A stretch of DNA of 21,169 bases from Chthonomonas calidirosea (GCA_945859975.1 CAMAPH010000044.1:1-21169), one strand, 5' to 3'; shown: positions 1 through 10,800, counted from the stretch's first letter. Translations and numbers: made by a program. The notes: generated by a model not told the origin, from the letters alone.

Positions 1-900
1 ACCCCACTCATCGACTACTAAGTTGATCCGCTTGCCCGGATCCTTAATGTCCATGATTGCGCTATGTCGCTCGACAAGTCGCTCCGTATTGATTGCCGCG
101 CGCAGGATGCTGTAGTACTCCTGGGTGCCGAACTCGGTTGCCGATCCGCTTGGTGGCCACTTCTGGTTTAGGATCGTGTAGTTGTGCAGCGAGAGCCCAT
201 CCATGTGAGTATGAGCGCGCTCCATGAGGACAGTCGTCCAGTTGTAGTCGGCGACGTTCGCGCCACACGCAAAGCGCGTGATCTTGTTCGGTCCGTAGGT
301 TCTAACAAAGGTGTTGTACTGACGGTACAGGTCCGCATAGAACTCAGGTCGCATGTTGCCGCCACAACCCCAGCTTTCGTTTCCAACGCCAAAGTAGGTG
401 AGCTTCCATGGCTCTTCGCGTCCGTTCTTTCGACGAAGGTTTGCCATAGGAGACTGGGCCGGGGAGGTCATATACTCCACCCAGTCGGACATCTCCTTAA
501 CCGTTCCGGAACCCACATTTCCGCAGACATACGGCTCGGCGCCAACTTGCTCGCAGAGGTCAAGGAACTCGTGAGTACCAAAGTGGTTGTTCTCGACCAC
601 GCCGCCCCAGTGCGAGTTGTACATGCTTGGCCGCTCTTCGCGAGGGCCAATTCCGTCCATCCAGTGGTACTCATCCGCAAAGCAACCACCCGGCCAGCGA
701 ATGACGGGAACCTTGATGTTCTTCAGCGCCGTGACGACGTCGTTCCGGATGCCTCTAGTGTTAGGGATCGGGGAATCTTCACCAACCCAAACGCCCTCGT
801 AAATGCATCGACCGAGGTGCTCGGCGAATTGGCTGTAGATTTCGCGCGGGATCAATGGCGCGTCGTCTTTGGGTTGGAGGGTGATTTTTGTGATGCTCAT
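1..900 (-). CDS. GH51 alpha-L-arabinofuranosidase (Abf2/Xsa-like), 3' end outside the window; absent from the ORF track
   Basis: Manual translation from ATG at 900: [40 protein letters not shown]...[20 protein letters not shown]...NHFGTHEF...[13 protein letters not shown]...INLVVDEWG. It is open for 300 codons to base 1 and contains the GH51 acid/base (GNE) and nucleophile (DEW) motifs. Confidence 0.95.
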   Translation of the reverse strand, partial: MSITKITLQPKDDAPLIPREIYSQFAEHLGRCIYEGVWVGEDSPIPNTRGIRNDVVTALKNIKVPVIRWPGGCFADEYHWMDGIGPREERPSMYNSHWGGVVENNHFGTHEFLDLCEQVGAEPYVCGNVGSGTVKEMSDWVEYMTSPAQSPMANLRRKNGREEPWKLTYFGVGNESWGCGGNMRPEFYADLYRQYNTFVRTYGPNKITRFACGANVADYNWTTVLMERAHTHMDGLSLHNYTILNQKWPPSGSATEFGTQEYYSILRAAINTERLVERHSAIMDIKDPGKRINLVVDEWG

Positions 901-905
901 GGTGC

Positions 906-2537
906 TTACGCTGCGCTCCGGATTTCGATGAGCCGCTTCATGACGGGGAACAGGTCAATGTTCGAGTTCTTGACGCCGAATCCATCGTGCAGTTGTCGGT
1001 AAAGCGTGTAGATTTCTTGGTAAATCTTAACGTTTTCCGGCTTCGGCACATATGTAATGTCTTTGAGTCCGGCCATCTTTTCTTGGGCGGAAAGGGTGTC
1101 GGGGTAGGCGCCAGCGGCGACGGCGGCAAAGATGGCCGACCCGAGCGCGCAAGTCTGTTCAGACTTCGCAACGTTTACCGGTCGGTTGAAGACGTCCGCA
1201 TAGATCTGCATGGTCAGCGCGCTCTTGTCGGCGATTCCGCCACAGGCTACAACGCGCTCCACTGCCACTCCGTACTCTTCCATCCGGTCGATGATTCGAA
1301 GGGCACCAAATGCGGTGGCTTCGACAAACGCCCGATAAACCTCGGCGGGTTTGGAGTGCAGGGTGAGCCCAACGATCAGACCGGAAAGCAGCGGGTCCAC
1401 CAAGATGGTGCGATTCCCGTTGTTCCAGTCCAGCGCAAGCAGTCCGCTTTCTCCAGGCTTGAGTTCCAGGGCGTCTCGGTTGAGCTCTTCGTGCGATTTG
1501 CCGGTGAACTTGGCAACCCAGTTGAAGATGTCGCCGACCGCCGATTGTCCGGCTTCGAGACCATAGAAGCCCGGCAAGACAGAACCGCGTACGATGCCGC
1601 ACATTCCAGGCACGTCGGCCAGCGGCTGGTCTAGCGGATGCACCATACAGTCGCAGGTACTGGTGCCTACGATCTTCACCAGCGTGCCTGGCTTCGCGCC
1701 GGAGGCCACTGCACCAAAGTGCGCATCAAACGCTCCGACGGCAACTGGAATGCCTGCCTTCAATCCCGTTTCCGCGGCGAACGCTTCGCTCACATAGCCT
1801 GCAATCTCGTCGCTCGTATGCGCCGATTCGTATAGGTTTGAACGAAATGCCGCTAGCTTTGGATCAAGAGTAGCTAAGAACTCGACGGACGGCAAACCGC
1901 CCCAAGCTTCTTCGAACATCGCTTTGTGCCCAGCCGCGCAACGGCTTCGCTTCACCAGTTTTGGATCGGTGATTCCACAAATGGTCGCCGGAATCCAGTC
2001 GCAAATCTCGACCCAAGATGCCGCTGCTTCAACGACATCTGGGGCTACGCGCAGGCACCGAAGCAACTTGCTCCAGAACCATTCGCTGCTATAGGTCCCA
2101 CCGCATTTTGCTAAATAAGGCAGTCCCTGAGCGGTTGCCTTCTCGGTAATTTCCGCGGCCTCGGCATAACCCGTGTGGTCCTTCCAAAGCCAAACGTTTG
2201 CGGCAAGCGAATCGGCAAATGAAGGATCAGCAGAAAGTGCGGAATTGTCGGCTTTCACTGGCATTGGGCTGGAACCCGTGGTGTCGACGCCGATGCCGAT
2301 CACGTCATCCAGGTTTACCGTTCGGCCAATTTCCCTCGTGACGGCGATGAACCCGGCAATATAGTCCGCCGGATTTTGGCGCGCCAAGTGGGGATCTGAT
2401 GGATCGAGAAGGATGCCGGCCTCGCCGGAGGGATAGGGAAACACGGCGGTAGCGAGTTCTTCGCCCGTCGCCACGTCCACCACGAGCCCGCGGACGCTGT
2501 TTGTTCCGTAATCCAGACCTAATGTGAGCTTAGCCAT
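906..2537 (-). CDS. araB: L-ribulokinase (FGGY family)
   Basis: [44 protein letters not shown] and [10 protein letters not shown] motifs; overlaps the araA stop. Confidence 0.93.
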   Translation of the reverse strand: MAKLTLGLDYGTNSVRGLVVDVATGEELATAVFPYPSGEAGILLDPSDPHLARQNPADYIAGFIAVTREIGRTVNLDDVIGIGVDTTGSSPMPVKADNSALSADPSFADSLAANVWLWKDHTGYAEAAEITEKATAQGLPYLAKCGGTYSSEWFWSKLLRCLRVAPDVVEAAASWVEICDWIPATICGITDPKLVKRSRCAAGHKAMFEEAWGGLPSVEFLATLDPKLAAFRSNLYESAHTSDEIAGYVSEAFAAETGLKAGIPVAVGAFDAHFGAVASGAKPGTLVKIVGTSTCDCMVHPLDQPLADVPGMCGIVRGSVLPGFYGLEAGQSAVGDIFNWVAKFTGKSHEELNRDALELKPGESGLLALDWNNGNRTILVDPLLSGLIVGLTLHSKPAEVYRAFVEATAFGALRIIDRMEEYGVAVERVVACGGIADKSALTMQIYADVFNRPVNVAKSEQTCALGSAIFAAVAAGAYPDTLSAQEKMAGLKDITYVPKPENVKIYQEIYTLYRQLHDGFGVKNSNIDLFPVMKRLIEIRSAA

Positions 2538-4017
2538 TGAATTTGTATGCTGCCTCGTTCCAGCGGAGTTCGTTCTTGAAGTTGTTCAGTTTGGTTTCGG
2601 AGTCGATGACCAGGCACTCGACGTTCGCGATCTCCGCGAAGTCGCGGACCTGTTGGGACGTGACGTTATAGCTGTAAACGGTGTGGTGCGCGCCGCCGCC
2701 GTAGATCCAAGCGGCAACTCCTTCTTGGAAGTTCGGGTGGACCTTCCACAGGGCACTTGCCACCGGTAGGTTTGGCATCTCGGGCACCTCGACAGCAGTG
2801 ACATCGTTCACGATGAATCGGAATCGGTGACCGAGGTCCACGACCGTCGTGTTCGTTGCCGCGCCAACGCGGGAGCTGAACTTCAATCGAACCGGGTCCG
2901 ACTTTCCGCCGATGCCCAGCGGGTGAATTTCGAGTCGTGGCTTGTTACTTGCAATGCTCGGGCAGATTTCCAGCATGTGAGCACCGAGGACCTGTTCTTG
3001 GCCCTGGACGAGGTCGTAGGTGTAATCCTCCATGAAGCTGGTTCCGGGGAGAAGCCCTGTTTCGAGAGTCTTGAACGCTCGCAGGAGAGCAGCGGTCTTC
3101 CAGTCTCCTTCTCCGCCGAATCCATAACCGGCAGCCATGAGTCGCTGGCACGCCAGGCCAGGAAGTTGGTCGAGGCCGTGCAGGTCTTCGAAAGTTGTCG
3201 TGAAGCCCTTAAAGTTTCCGTCCTCCAAGAAGGCTCGGATTCCAATCTCTTGCCGTGCGGCGTAGCGCAACGCATCGTGCCGAGCTCCGCTGACCGCGAG
3301 TTCCGGTGCGATGTCGTACAGGTCGGCATATTCGGAAACCAGTTGCGTGACCGAGTCATCGGACGCGCCGTCGACGAACTTCACGAGATCGCCCACGCCG
3401 AAGCCGTTGACGCTGAATCCGAATTTGGCTTCGGCGGCGACCTTATCACCCTCGGTGACCGAAACGAACCGCATGTTGTCGCCGAATCGGGCGAACTTGG
3501 CTCCCTGCCAGTCGGCCCACGCCAGAGCGACTCGCGACCAATCGCCGAGCTGCTTTTGGACCGAGGTGTGGCTCCAATGTCCAACCACGACTTTTCGGCG
3601 AAGGCCCAGGCGAGTGTGAATGTGACCCGCCTCGCGGTCGCCGTGGGCGGCCTGGTTGAGGTTCATGAAGTCCATGTCGATGGTGCTCCATGGCAACTCG
3701 GCATTGAACTGGGTGTGAAGGTGGCAGGCTGGCTTGTTAAGCTGGCTCAGTCCGCCGATCCACATCTTGCCGGGCGAGAAGGTGTGCATCCAAAGCACGA
3801 GTCCGATGCAGTCTGGATCGGAATTGGCGGCAAGCACCAAGGCGCGAACGGCCTCAGGGTCGGTGATGACCGGTTTGAAGATGACGCCCACGGGAATATC
3901 CGAGGAACTGTCGAGCTCTTGGGCGATCTTCGCGGAGTTTTCCGCGACTTGCTTGAGAACTTCGGGGCCGTAGAGGTGCTGACTGCCGGTAACAAACCAA
4001 ACGCTAGGATTCGCCAT
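2530..4017 (-). CDS. araA: L-arabinose isomerase
   Basis: [48 protein letters not shown] and GGAHH motifs; 495 aa. Confidence 0.97.
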   Translation of the reverse strand: MANPSVWFVTGSQHLYGPEVLKQVAENSAKIAQELDSSSDIPVGVIFKPVITDPEAVRALVLAANSDPDCIGLVLWMHTFSPGKMWIGGLSQLNKPACHLHTQFNAELPWSTIDMDFMNLNQAAHGDREAGHIHTRLGLRRKVVVGHWSHTSVQKQLGDWSRVALAWADWQGAKFARFGDNMRFVSVTEGDKVAAEAKFGFSVNGFGVGDLVKFVDGASDDSVTQLVSEYADLYDIAPELAVSGARHDALRYAARQEIGIRAFLEDGNFKGFTTTFEDLHGLDQLPGLACQRLMAAGYGFGGEGDWKTAALLRAFKTLETGLLPGTSFMEDYTYDLVQGQEQVLGAHMLEICPSIASNKPRLEIHPLGIGGKSDPVRLKFSSRVGAATNTTVVDLGHRFRFIVNDVTAVEVPEMPNLPVASALWKVHPNFQEGVAAWIYGGGAHHTVYSYNVTSQQVRDFAEIANVECLVIDSETKLNNFKNELRWNEAAYKFNG

Positions 4018-4030
4018 TAAATTCTGTTCC

Positions 4031-4139
4031 TTTTATATTCCGAAGTGTGAATATATATCGTGACTTCGTGCGACCGACAATGTTAGCCCATACGGTGCTT
4101 GCATCAACGACCGAGACAATTTTAGCCCCGTGGTATAGT
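4031..4139. promoter_or_regulatory. Divergent araA / regulator promoter region with candidate operator
   Basis: Plus strand: extended -10 TGGTATAGT (4131-4139). Minus strand: TTGATG (4107-4102), 16 nt, TAACAT (4085-4080). AAGTGTGAATAT (4043-4054) is the exact reverse complement of 5182-5193. Confidence 0.55.
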
Positions 4140-4153
4140 GCCGCATCAGCGAG

Positions 4154-5131
4154 ATGCAGCATCACATCAAGGAACTTTCCGCGCACGAGAGCGTGGCGCT
4201 GTTCCGTGCGCTGGGTTCTTCCACTCGAGCGCGCATCATCGAACTCCTTGCCGAGCGCGAATTGAACATCGGCGAACTGAGTTTGGCCCTCGGCCTAACG
4301 CAGCCGAGTGTGACGAAGCACATTCAAATCTTGGAAGAAGCCGGCATCGTTGTCAGCGACTACATCGCCGCACCGCAGGGAACCCAGAAGCGATGTCGGT
4401 GCGTTTTCGAGCGCTTACTGGTTGATCTCGCACCGAAAGTTCCGGTGCTGGATGGCTTCGCAGAGACGGAAGTGCCGGTCGGAATGTATACGGATGTTGA
4501 CGTTCGGCCGACCTGCGGACTTGCGACGAAAGAGAAGTTTATCGGTCTGGTTGACGCCCCGGTTTCGTTCTTTTTGCCCGAGCGATCACAGGCAGAAATC
4601 CTCTGGTCAGCCGGTGGCTGGGTTCAATATGCGTTCCCAAACACCATTCCAGTCAACTGCCACATAAAGTCGATCGAGCTCGTGATGGAACTCGGGTCGG
4701 AAGCGCCGGGATACAACAACCAATATCCATCAGACATCACGGTTTGGGTAAATGAAGTTGAAGTGGGAACCTGGACGTCTCCAGGAGACTTCGGAGGTAG
4801 CCGGGGACAGTTGAACCCGAGTTGGTACCCCGATAACATGAACCAATGGGGCGTTTTGAAGACGTGGCTGGTGGACGGCGAGGGCGGCTACATCGACGGA
4901 TTCCAAATTTCCGACGTCAAGATTGATTCGCTTAACATCCTTCCATGGGCACCGACGAAGGTGCGGATAGGAGTGAAGCCAGACGCAAAAAACCAAGGTG
5001 GATTCACTTTGTACGGCCGCTCGTTCGGAAACTATCAGCTTGGACTCATCTTCCGGGTTCGTCACGAGACTGAGGAACAGGAAGCGAAAACAAAACCGAA
5101 GCGGAAGAGCAAAGCTGTCGATTCCAAGTAG
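4154..5131 (+). CDS. ArsR-family HTH transcriptional regulator with long C-terminal domain (COG4189-like); probable arabinose-locus regulator
   Basis: N-terminal FRALGSSTRARIIELL...LNIGELSLALGLTQPSVTKHIQILEEAGIV wHTH. The C-terminal PTCGLA, ELGSEAPG, WTSPGDFGGSRGQLNPSW and NQWGVLK motifs are recalled as COG4189-type. Divergent from araA. Confidence 0.85.
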   Translation: MQHHIKELSAHESVALFRALGSSTRARIIELLAERELNIGELSLALGLTQPSVTKHIQILEEAGIVVSDYIAAPQGTQKRCRCVFERLLVDLAPKVPVLDGFAETEVPVGMYTDVDVRPTCGLATKEKFIGLVDAPVSFFLPERSQAEILWSAGGWVQYAFPNTIPVNCHIKSIELVMELGSEAPGYNNQYPSDITVWVNEVEVGTWTSPGDFGGSRGQLNPSWYPDNMNQWGVLKTWLVDGEGGYIDGFQISDVKIDSLNILPWAPTKVRIGVKPDAKNQGGFTLYGRSFGNYQLGLIFRVRHETEEQEAKTKPKRKSKAVDSK

Positions 5132-5181
5132 TTTTGCTTGATTTGTTTCTAAATCTGGCCTTGGTAGATTTTTCGAAGTTC

Positions 5182-5214
5182 ATATTCACACTTGGCTATG
5201 AAGTGTGTTATAGT
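5182..5214 (+). promoter_or_regulatory. Sigma70-type promoter of the prepilin/arabinan operon, overlapped by a candidate operator
   Basis: TTCACA (5185-5190), 18 nt, TATAGT (5209-5214) with an extended TG; inverted repeat CACACTT-N7-AAGTGTG (5187-5207). Confidence 0.6.
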
Positions 5215-5308
5215 GGAATAGCCTTAAGTGACAGACCTTAGTCCGCCACGAGAAGGATCGCGTTGGCACCCGTGTCAGCGCGTGGGCATGTTCTCATCGG
5301 TGAGGATT

Positions 5309-6169
5309 ATGAGCACGAAAAAACTAGCATTTACACTTATCGAACTCCTCGTAGTCATCGCAATCATCGCGATTCTGGCTGCCATTCTATTCCCCGTGTT
5401 TGCTCAGGCAAAGCAAGCCGCTAAGAAGACCTCTTCTCTTTCCAACGTCAAGCAGCTTTCCGTTGCGAACGTGCTTTACGCCGGCGATTACGACGACATT
5501 TTCCCGGATCAGAGCCGAGATGCCAACGGCTTCCCATTCTGGACCGCTGGTTCGGAAGAGCCTTGCGGCGCCGTTGCAACTGGCGGTTGCGCTCTCGGAT
5601 TCATGGATCCTGGTGCACACCAGAACTGGGGCCGATTGCTTTTCCCTTACACGAAGAGCCTCGACATCTTCAAGTCGTCCGCCGCTAAGATCGGTGGCAC
5701 GGTTCCCTGGAGCTACTCGAACGTAGCTAATGCAGGCAACGGCAGCTACGCTTACAACGGCGTTGTTTTGGCCAAGTCGCAGACCCAGATCAGCGACGTT
5801 GCCAGCCTCATCGTTATTCAAGGCAAGATCGACACCGGTCGAGAAGCCCTCGTTCAGCCAACTCAGTTCGCCGCAAACTTCGCTAGCCCGGAGCTAGGCG
5901 GATCGGGCCCAGCTTGTAACGGTATCGACCTGAGCTGGATGGGTAACACCTACGACAAGGGCGACAACTACGGCTTTGCCGATGGTCACGCCAAGTACTT
6001 CAAGCGCACCGGCGTCAAGTTCCGCAACTTTGGAATCAGCAGCAACGCTGTTTGCTACAAGACCCAGAGCTGTGGCGCGACCGTGCCAAACACCACCGGT
6101 CTTACGGAAACTCCAGAGAACACTAACTTCTGGTACACGTACGGCTACTGCGACGTTTCGGCTCTCTAA
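5309..6169 (+). CDS. Prepilin-type N-terminal cleavage/methylation domain protein (DUF1559 / H-X9-DG-like)
   Basis: [35 protein letters not shown] class III signal; C-terminal [15 protein letters not shown]. Start moved from 5228 to ATG 5309, which follows a GAGG SD. Confidence 0.9.
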   Translation: MSTKKLAFTLIELLVVIAIIAILAAILFPVFAQAKQAAKKTSSLSNVKQLSVANVLYAGDYDDIFPDQSRDANGFPFWTAGSEEPCGAVATGGCALGFMDPGAHQNWGRLLFPYTKSLDIFKSSAAKIGGTVPWSYSNVANAGNGSYAYNGVVLAKSQTQISDVASLIVIQGKIDTGREALVQPTQFAANFASPELGGSGPACNGIDLSWMGNTYDKGDNYGFADGHAKYFKRTGVKFRNFGISSNAVCYKTQSCGATVPNTTGLTETPENTNFWYTYGYCDVSAL

Positions 6170-6184
6170 GAAACGCCCCTTCCG

Positions 6185-6220
6185 ACCCTCGCTGTATCTC
6201 TTGCGGCGAGGGTATTGCTT
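6185..6220 (+). terminator. Stem-loop after the prepilin-like gene (leaky terminator or mRNA stabiliser)
   Basis: ACCCTCGCTGTA-TCTCT-TGCGGCGAGGGT, a 12-bp stem including G-U pairs, followed by ATTGCTT. Confidence 0.6.
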
Positions 6221-6256
6221 TATGGGACAACCTCTTCCTTAAGCGGAGTGAAGAAA

Positions 6257-6442
6257 ATGAAAAACAAATCAACTTTAATCGTGTTGGGCTGCTTGCTCAT
6301 GGCTGGTTCGTTCGTCACCGTCGGTTGCAACGACGAAACCGTGCCTGATCCAAAAATTGTCGAAGCTCGCGACAAACAGCGCGAGCAGATGCGCCAAGGC
6401 GGCACCACCGCACCGGCAACTGCACCCGGTACCGGCAACTGA
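6257..6442 (+). CDS. Small predicted lipoprotein (61 aa)
   Basis: GGAG SD 8 nt before ATG 6257; MKNKSTLIVLGCLLMAGSFVTVG|C lipobox-like signal; short charged and Thr/Pro/Gly-rich mature part; tightly packed between its neighbours. Confidence 0.75.
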   Translation: MKNKSTLIVLGCLLMAGSFVTVGCNDETVPDPKIVEARDKQREQMRQGGTTAPATAPGTGN

Positions 6443-6448
6443 TCTCAA

Positions 6449-7786
6449 ATGATCGGAGCACTCCTAATGGCACTCATGCTCACCGAATCGCAGACAAAGC
6501 CTGCGAGCACCTTCATCGAGTCCGCGCTCGACGCCGCCTTTCCGTTTGACGGAGCGCGTTACGAAGGTGGGAATGTCCATGACCCGAGCATTTTGTTGTT
6601 CGGTGACATGTACGTCATGGTCAACACGAGTGGCAATGAGCTGGCTCCGATCAGCACTTCAAAAGACCTGATCACCTGGAAGTCAAACGGCCCGATCTTG
6701 CCAGACCAGCCGGAATGGCTCAAGAAGGCAGTTCCCGATCATCGTTCGGTGTGGGCTCCGGCGCCCGTGAGGGTCGGAGAAAGTCTCCGGATTTACTACT
6801 GTGCGAGCGAGAAGTTTGGCTCGAATACTTCGTACATCGCTTATGCTGAATGCGAAAAGTTTGACCCAGCTGTACCAGCCCATGGGTGGGTGGATAAGGG
6901 CCTTCTCATCAAAAGTAAGGCAGGAGAGTCCAACTTTAATGCGATTGATCCGGACGTTCTGATTGCGCCGGATGGACGGCATTGGATGGTGTATGGCTCG
7001 TACTGGTCCGGCATGTATCAGGTTGAGCTCGATCCAACGACCGGTGCGCTCAAGGACCCGGCCGCGCCTCCCCTGCATGTTGCGAGCAATACCGCAGATC
7101 GCGGAAATCCGTTGGAAGCTCCAACGTTGCTGTATCGCAATGGGTTCTACTATCTGTTCGTGACTTACGGTCTGGCTGCGCAGGGTATTCGAAGTACTTA
7201 CCGGATGGTCTGCGGGCGTTCTGAGTCTCCCACGGGTCCATTTCTCGGATTCGATGGTAAGCCGATGACCGAAGGAGGGAACACCGTTCTTCTGAGGAGT
7301 TCGGCTCCAATGTTTGGGCCAGGCGGCGGCAACTTCTTTACCAATGAGAAGGGAGACTTTCTCATGGCTTATCACTACTATGACGGCCGACGATTCTGGA
7401 ATCGTGACCTCTGGGGTGCGCCAACCTTGCAGATTCGGAACCTTATCTGGGGCGCTGATGGTTGGCCGTTGTCTGGTCTGCCCGTTGGTATCGATCTAAA
7501 GGCCGCTTCGAATTCGCCCGCAGGAGATTGGAATCTGCAGGTAGATTTCGGTCACATCCAAGAGGTCAAGCTTGGCAAGAACGGGACCATGACAATGCGA
7601 GATCAATCGGGTACTTGGCGGCAAGACGGGGATGAGCTCATTCTTACTTGGCCCAACCGGAATCCAAATGAGCCTGCTTTCATAGACACTTTGAGGGTGG
7701 ACTCGACATTTCAGTATGCGGTCGGCCGCAATCAAGCCGGCGTAGTGATTCGTGCCGTGAAACAGAATGTCCAGACAGCGCGGTAG
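6449..7786 (+). CDS. Secreted GH43 endo-1,5-alpha-L-arabinanase with C-terminal beta domain
   Basis: VHDPSI, VWAP, NAIDPD, YGSYWSG, LEAP, GRSESPTGPF and GPGG motifs; short hydrophobic N-terminus. Confidence 0.85.
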   Translation: MIGALLMALMLTESQTKPASTFIESALDAAFPFDGARYEGGNVHDPSILLFGDMYVMVNTSGNELAPISTSKDLITWKSNGPILPDQPEWLKKAVPDHRSVWAPAPVRVGESLRIYYCASEKFGSNTSYIAYAECEKFDPAVPAHGWVDKGLLIKSKAGESNFNAIDPDVLIAPDGRHWMVYGSYWSGMYQVELDPTTGALKDPAAPPLHVASNTADRGNPLEAPTLLYRNGFYYLFVTYGLAAQGIRSTYRMVCGRSESPTGPFLGFDGKPMTEGGNTVLLRSSAPMFGPGGGNFFTNEKGDFLMAYHYYDGRRFWNRDLWGAPTLQIRNLIWGADGWPLSGLPVGIDLKAASNSPAGDWNLQVDFGHIQEVKLGKNGTMTMRDQSGTWRQDGDELILTWPNRNPNEPAFIDTLRVDSTFQYAVGRNQAGVVIRAVKQNVQTAR

Positions 7787-9101
7787 CTTCAATATCCACG
7801 CGCTTGTGCTGGGAGTACTCGTGCTCGTGTTGACCACGGGCGTTATTCGTTGGTCGATGCTCGGCGGCGGGATCGGGAGCAAGAAAACTCGTCTGGCTTT
7901 CTGGAACGGCTTCACCGGGCCCGACGGCGTGGTGATGCTCAAAATCATCGAAGACTTCAACCGGCAAAATCCTGATGTTGAGGTCGCGATGCAGCGAATT
8001 CCCTGGGCGACTTACTACAACAAACTCACCGTCGCGGGGAGCGATGGCCGTGGTCCAGAAATCTTCGTAGTCCATACCGACGCCCTACCGCGCATTCGCC
8101 GGGCCGGGTTTGTGGCCGATATCTCGGATTTATATACGGGCAAGGATGCCATCGATATCAAAGACTTCGATCAAGTTGTGGTGGATCAGGTCCAGTTTGA
8201 TGGTCACCTGGAAGGAGTGCCGCTCGATATTCACCCGCAAGGTGCGTTCCTCAACAAGCAGATGTTGAAAGACGCGGGTTATGTGGATTCGAACGGTAAC
8301 GCGCGTGCCCCGCGAGATCGTGTTGAGATGATGGACTTCATCGAAAAAGCGACCCGAGAGGCCGGCGGCGATCTTAAAGACAAGCAATGGGCGTTTGCGT
8401 TTACCTACTGGGGAGCGAACTTTCGTAGCTTGGTGCCGCAGTTCGGCGGAAGATATCTAGATGAAGAAGGGAATGCCGACCTGGATAGCAAGCCGAATTT
8501 GAAGGCTCTTGAGTTCCTTGCAGGCATCGCAAAGAACAAGCAGGCACCTCCGGCAGATAACGGACTGGGCTGGTTCGGGTTCCGAACAAAGCGTGTCGCG
8601 ATGGTTTGGGACGGCGTCTTTATGCTCGGCGACCTGACCCGCCTTAACGATTTCGAATACTTAGGCGCGCCGATTCCGCAGATCGGCGACAAGCCAGGGA
8701 CGCTGGCAAACTCGCATGTCTTGTGCGTCAACAAAACGGTTTCGGAGATTGAGCGGGAAGCCTCAGGCCGGTTCCTTAAGTACCTTTCGGATCACAGCTT
8801 GGAGTGGGCGAGTGCGGGCCAAGTTCCGGCCAGAAAGAGTGTGCGGGAGAACCCGGAGTTTGCAAAAATGCCCGTGCAGTTTGCCTTCTCGAAGCAGATT
8901 CCCACCATGATGTATCCGCCACGCACGCCCGTCATTTTCGAGTTCATGCTGGAACTTGATCGGGCGGTGGAGCGGGTGGTGCGCGGTCAGATTGGGCCGA
9001 AAGAGGCTCTCGCCGAGGCTAACAAGAATGCCCAGACGGTCATCGACCGTGACCGTCGCGAGTATCCGACCACGCAGAATCAAAGCGAGGTAAAGCCATG
9101 A
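7767..9101 (+). CDS. Carbohydrate (CUT1) ABC transporter solute-binding protein, likely for arabino-oligosaccharides
   Basis: N-terminal TM anchor; FWNGFTGPDG, GVPLDIHP, NSHVL and AGQVPAR motifs; directly upstream of two permeases. Confidence 0.88.
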   Translation: MSRQRGSFNIHALVLGVLVLVLTTGVIRWSMLGGGIGSKKTRLAFWNGFTGPDGVVMLKIIEDFNRQNPDVEVAMQRIPWATYYNKLTVAGSDGRGPEIFVVHTDALPRIRRAGFVADISDLYTGKDAIDIKDFDQVVVDQVQFDGHLEGVPLDIHPQGAFLNKQMLKDAGYVDSNGNARAPRDRVEMMDFIEKATREAGGDLKDKQWAFAFTYWGANFRSLVPQFGGRYLDEEGNADLDSKPNLKALEFLAGIAKNKQAPPADNGLGWFGFRTKRVAMVWDGVFMLGDLTRLNDFEYLGAPIPQIGDKPGTLANSHVLCVNKTVSEIEREASGRFLKYLSDHSLEWASAGQVPARKSVRENPEFAKMPVQFAFSKQIPTMMYPPRTPVIFEFMLELDRAVERVVRGQIGPKEALAEANKNAQTVIDRDRREYPTTQNQSEVKP

Positions 9102-9976
9102 ACGCGCGACGAAAAGAGGAACTGGTCGGCTACCTGTTCCTGGTCCCGTATCTGGTCCTGTTCGTCATTTTTATAATCGTTCCAGTACTGGTGTCGGCTT
9201 GGTTGTCCGTGGTCCAATTGGATCTGACCAACGCCTCAAAGTCGGCATTCATTGGCGCGCAGAACTTTACCGATGCGCTGAAGGACGACTTCTTCTGGCA
9301 GGCCACCGGCGCTACGGGTCGCTTCGCTTTGCTCATGGTTCCGAGCGTTCTGGTGCTGGGAACGGCGATGGCACTGGGAATGAACCGCATGGCGCAGGGG
9401 CGCGACATGGTTCGAGCACTGGTCTATACGCCGAGCATGTTGAACGTCGCGGCGACGGGCATTCTCTGGCAGTGGTTCTTTAACAACGAGTTCGGTCTGT
9501 TCAACTACACGATTCGAAAAGCCGGCGGCTCTCCAGTGCCTTGGTTGACCGACGCCAACATGGCGATGCCGAGCGTCGTGCTGATGAGTCTCTGGTGGAC
9601 GGTCGGCGGGACGAGCGTGGTGGTGCTGACCGCGCTTCAGCAAATTCCGAAGATGTACTTCGAAGCGGCATCGTTGGATGGCGCAACTGGGCAACACATT
9701 TTCTTCCGCATCATGATTCCGTCGCTGAAGCCAGTGCTGCTCTTTGTATTTGTGACAACAACGATTGCTTCGTTTCAGATGTTCGGCCAAGCAGCGATTC
9801 TTACGGGCGGCGGGCCCACTTTTGCCACCCGAGGCGTTGTTCAGTACATGTTTGAGACTGCCTTCAATGGCTATCGTTTTGGCTATGGAGCGGCGATCAG
9901 TTGGCTCCTATTTGCGGCGATCTTGGTGTTTAGCTCCATTCAAGCGCGAGTCTTGAAAAGTCAGGTGGAAGGATGA
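9098..9976 (+). CDS. Sugar ABC permease (MalF/UgpA-like)
   Basis: Multiple TM segments; LQQIPKMYFEAASLDGA EAA loop; ATGA overlap with the SBP gene. Confidence 0.93.
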   Translation: MNARRKEELVGYLFLVPYLVLFVIFIIVPVLVSAWLSVVQLDLTNASKSAFIGAQNFTDALKDDFFWQATGATGRFALLMVPSVLVLGTAMALGMNRMAQGRDMVRALVYTPSMLNVAATGILWQWFFNNEFGLFNYTIRKAGGSPVPWLTDANMAMPSVVLMSLWWTVGGTSVVVLTALQQIPKMYFEAASLDGATGQHIFFRIMIPSLKPVLLFVFVTTTIASFQMFGQAAILTGGGPTFATRGVVQYMFETAFNGYRFGYGAAISWLLFAAILVFSSIQARVLKSQVEG

Positions 9977-10791
9977 AGCGGAACCCGTTGCCGAGCATGA
10001 TCATGGTTCTGATCGGTGGACTCTTTATCCTTCCGTTCGTTTTCATGATCTTTGCTTCGTTTAAGCGTGAAGCTGAGGTCCTACAGCCGGATCAGATTTT
10101 GCCCAAGACTTGGGATCTCGCCAACTACGAGGCGGTGAGTCGAAACTCCGTCGAAGCGCCAGTGGGGCTTTGGTTTGTGAACAGCGTCTTCATCTCGTCG
10201 GCGACCACGCTCCTTGTGATTTGTCTTTCGTCGCTCGTGGCTTTTGCGATTACGAGAATCCGCGTTCGGGGAGCTAAGTTCCTGCTGAACATGATCGTTG
10301 GAACGATGATGATTCCGGCGCAGCTGTTCCTCATTCCGCTGTACGTCATCCTTAGTCGAATGGGCCTGTTGGATACGCCGTATGCCTTGATTCTTCCTGC
10401 GGCGGCAAGTGGCTACGGCGTGTTCATGCTGAGTCAGTTCATGAGGAATCTTCCGGTGGCCATCGAAGAAGCCGCGATGATCGACGGATGCACGTTGCCG
10501 GTGGTGTTTTGGAAAGTGACCTTGCCGTTGTGCGGCCCTTCAATTGCTACCTTGGCTGTTTTCACTTTCATTGGTTCGTGGAACGATTACATCACACCGC
10601 TGGTGTTTATGGAATCGGTGACGAACTATACTTTGCCGGTCGGAATTGCTTTGTTCCAAAGCAGCTACTCAACTCAGTATGGCTTGACGATCGCGACAAG
10701 CCTTCTCTCAACTTTGCCTCTACTCATCATGTTTCTGGTGTTCCAGAAACAGATTATCGAAAGCATGACCTCTTCTGGCCTAAAAGACTAG
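9973..10791 (+). CDS. Sugar ABC permease (MalG/UgpE-like)
   Basis: LPVAIEEAAMIDGC EAA loop, SWNDY and YTLPVGIA motifs. Confidence 0.93.
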   Translation: MKRNPLPSMIMVLIGGLFILPFVFMIFASFKREAEVLQPDQILPKTWDLANYEAVSRNSVEAPVGLWFVNSVFISSATTLLVICLSSLVAFAITRIRVRGAKFLLNMIVGTMMIPAQLFLIPLYVILSRMGLLDTPYALILPAAASGYGVFMLSQFMRNLPVAIEEAAMIDGCTLPVVFWKVTLPLCGPSIATLAVFTFIGSWNDYITPLVFMESVTNYTLPVGIALFQSSYSTQYGLTIATSLLSTLPLLIMFLVFQKQIIESMTSSGLKD

Positions 10792-10800
10792 GAATCTCAT

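Noticed and set aside
184..1002. 272-aa plus-strand ORF; also the expectation of araD after araB
   Set aside because: It is the antisense shadow of the real minus-strand GH51 gene (1-900). That gene is not araD.
2827..4020. 397-aa plus-strand ORF and many similar overlapping ORFs
   Set aside because: Antisense or alternate-frame shadows of well-supported genes (here araA) in GC-rich DNA.
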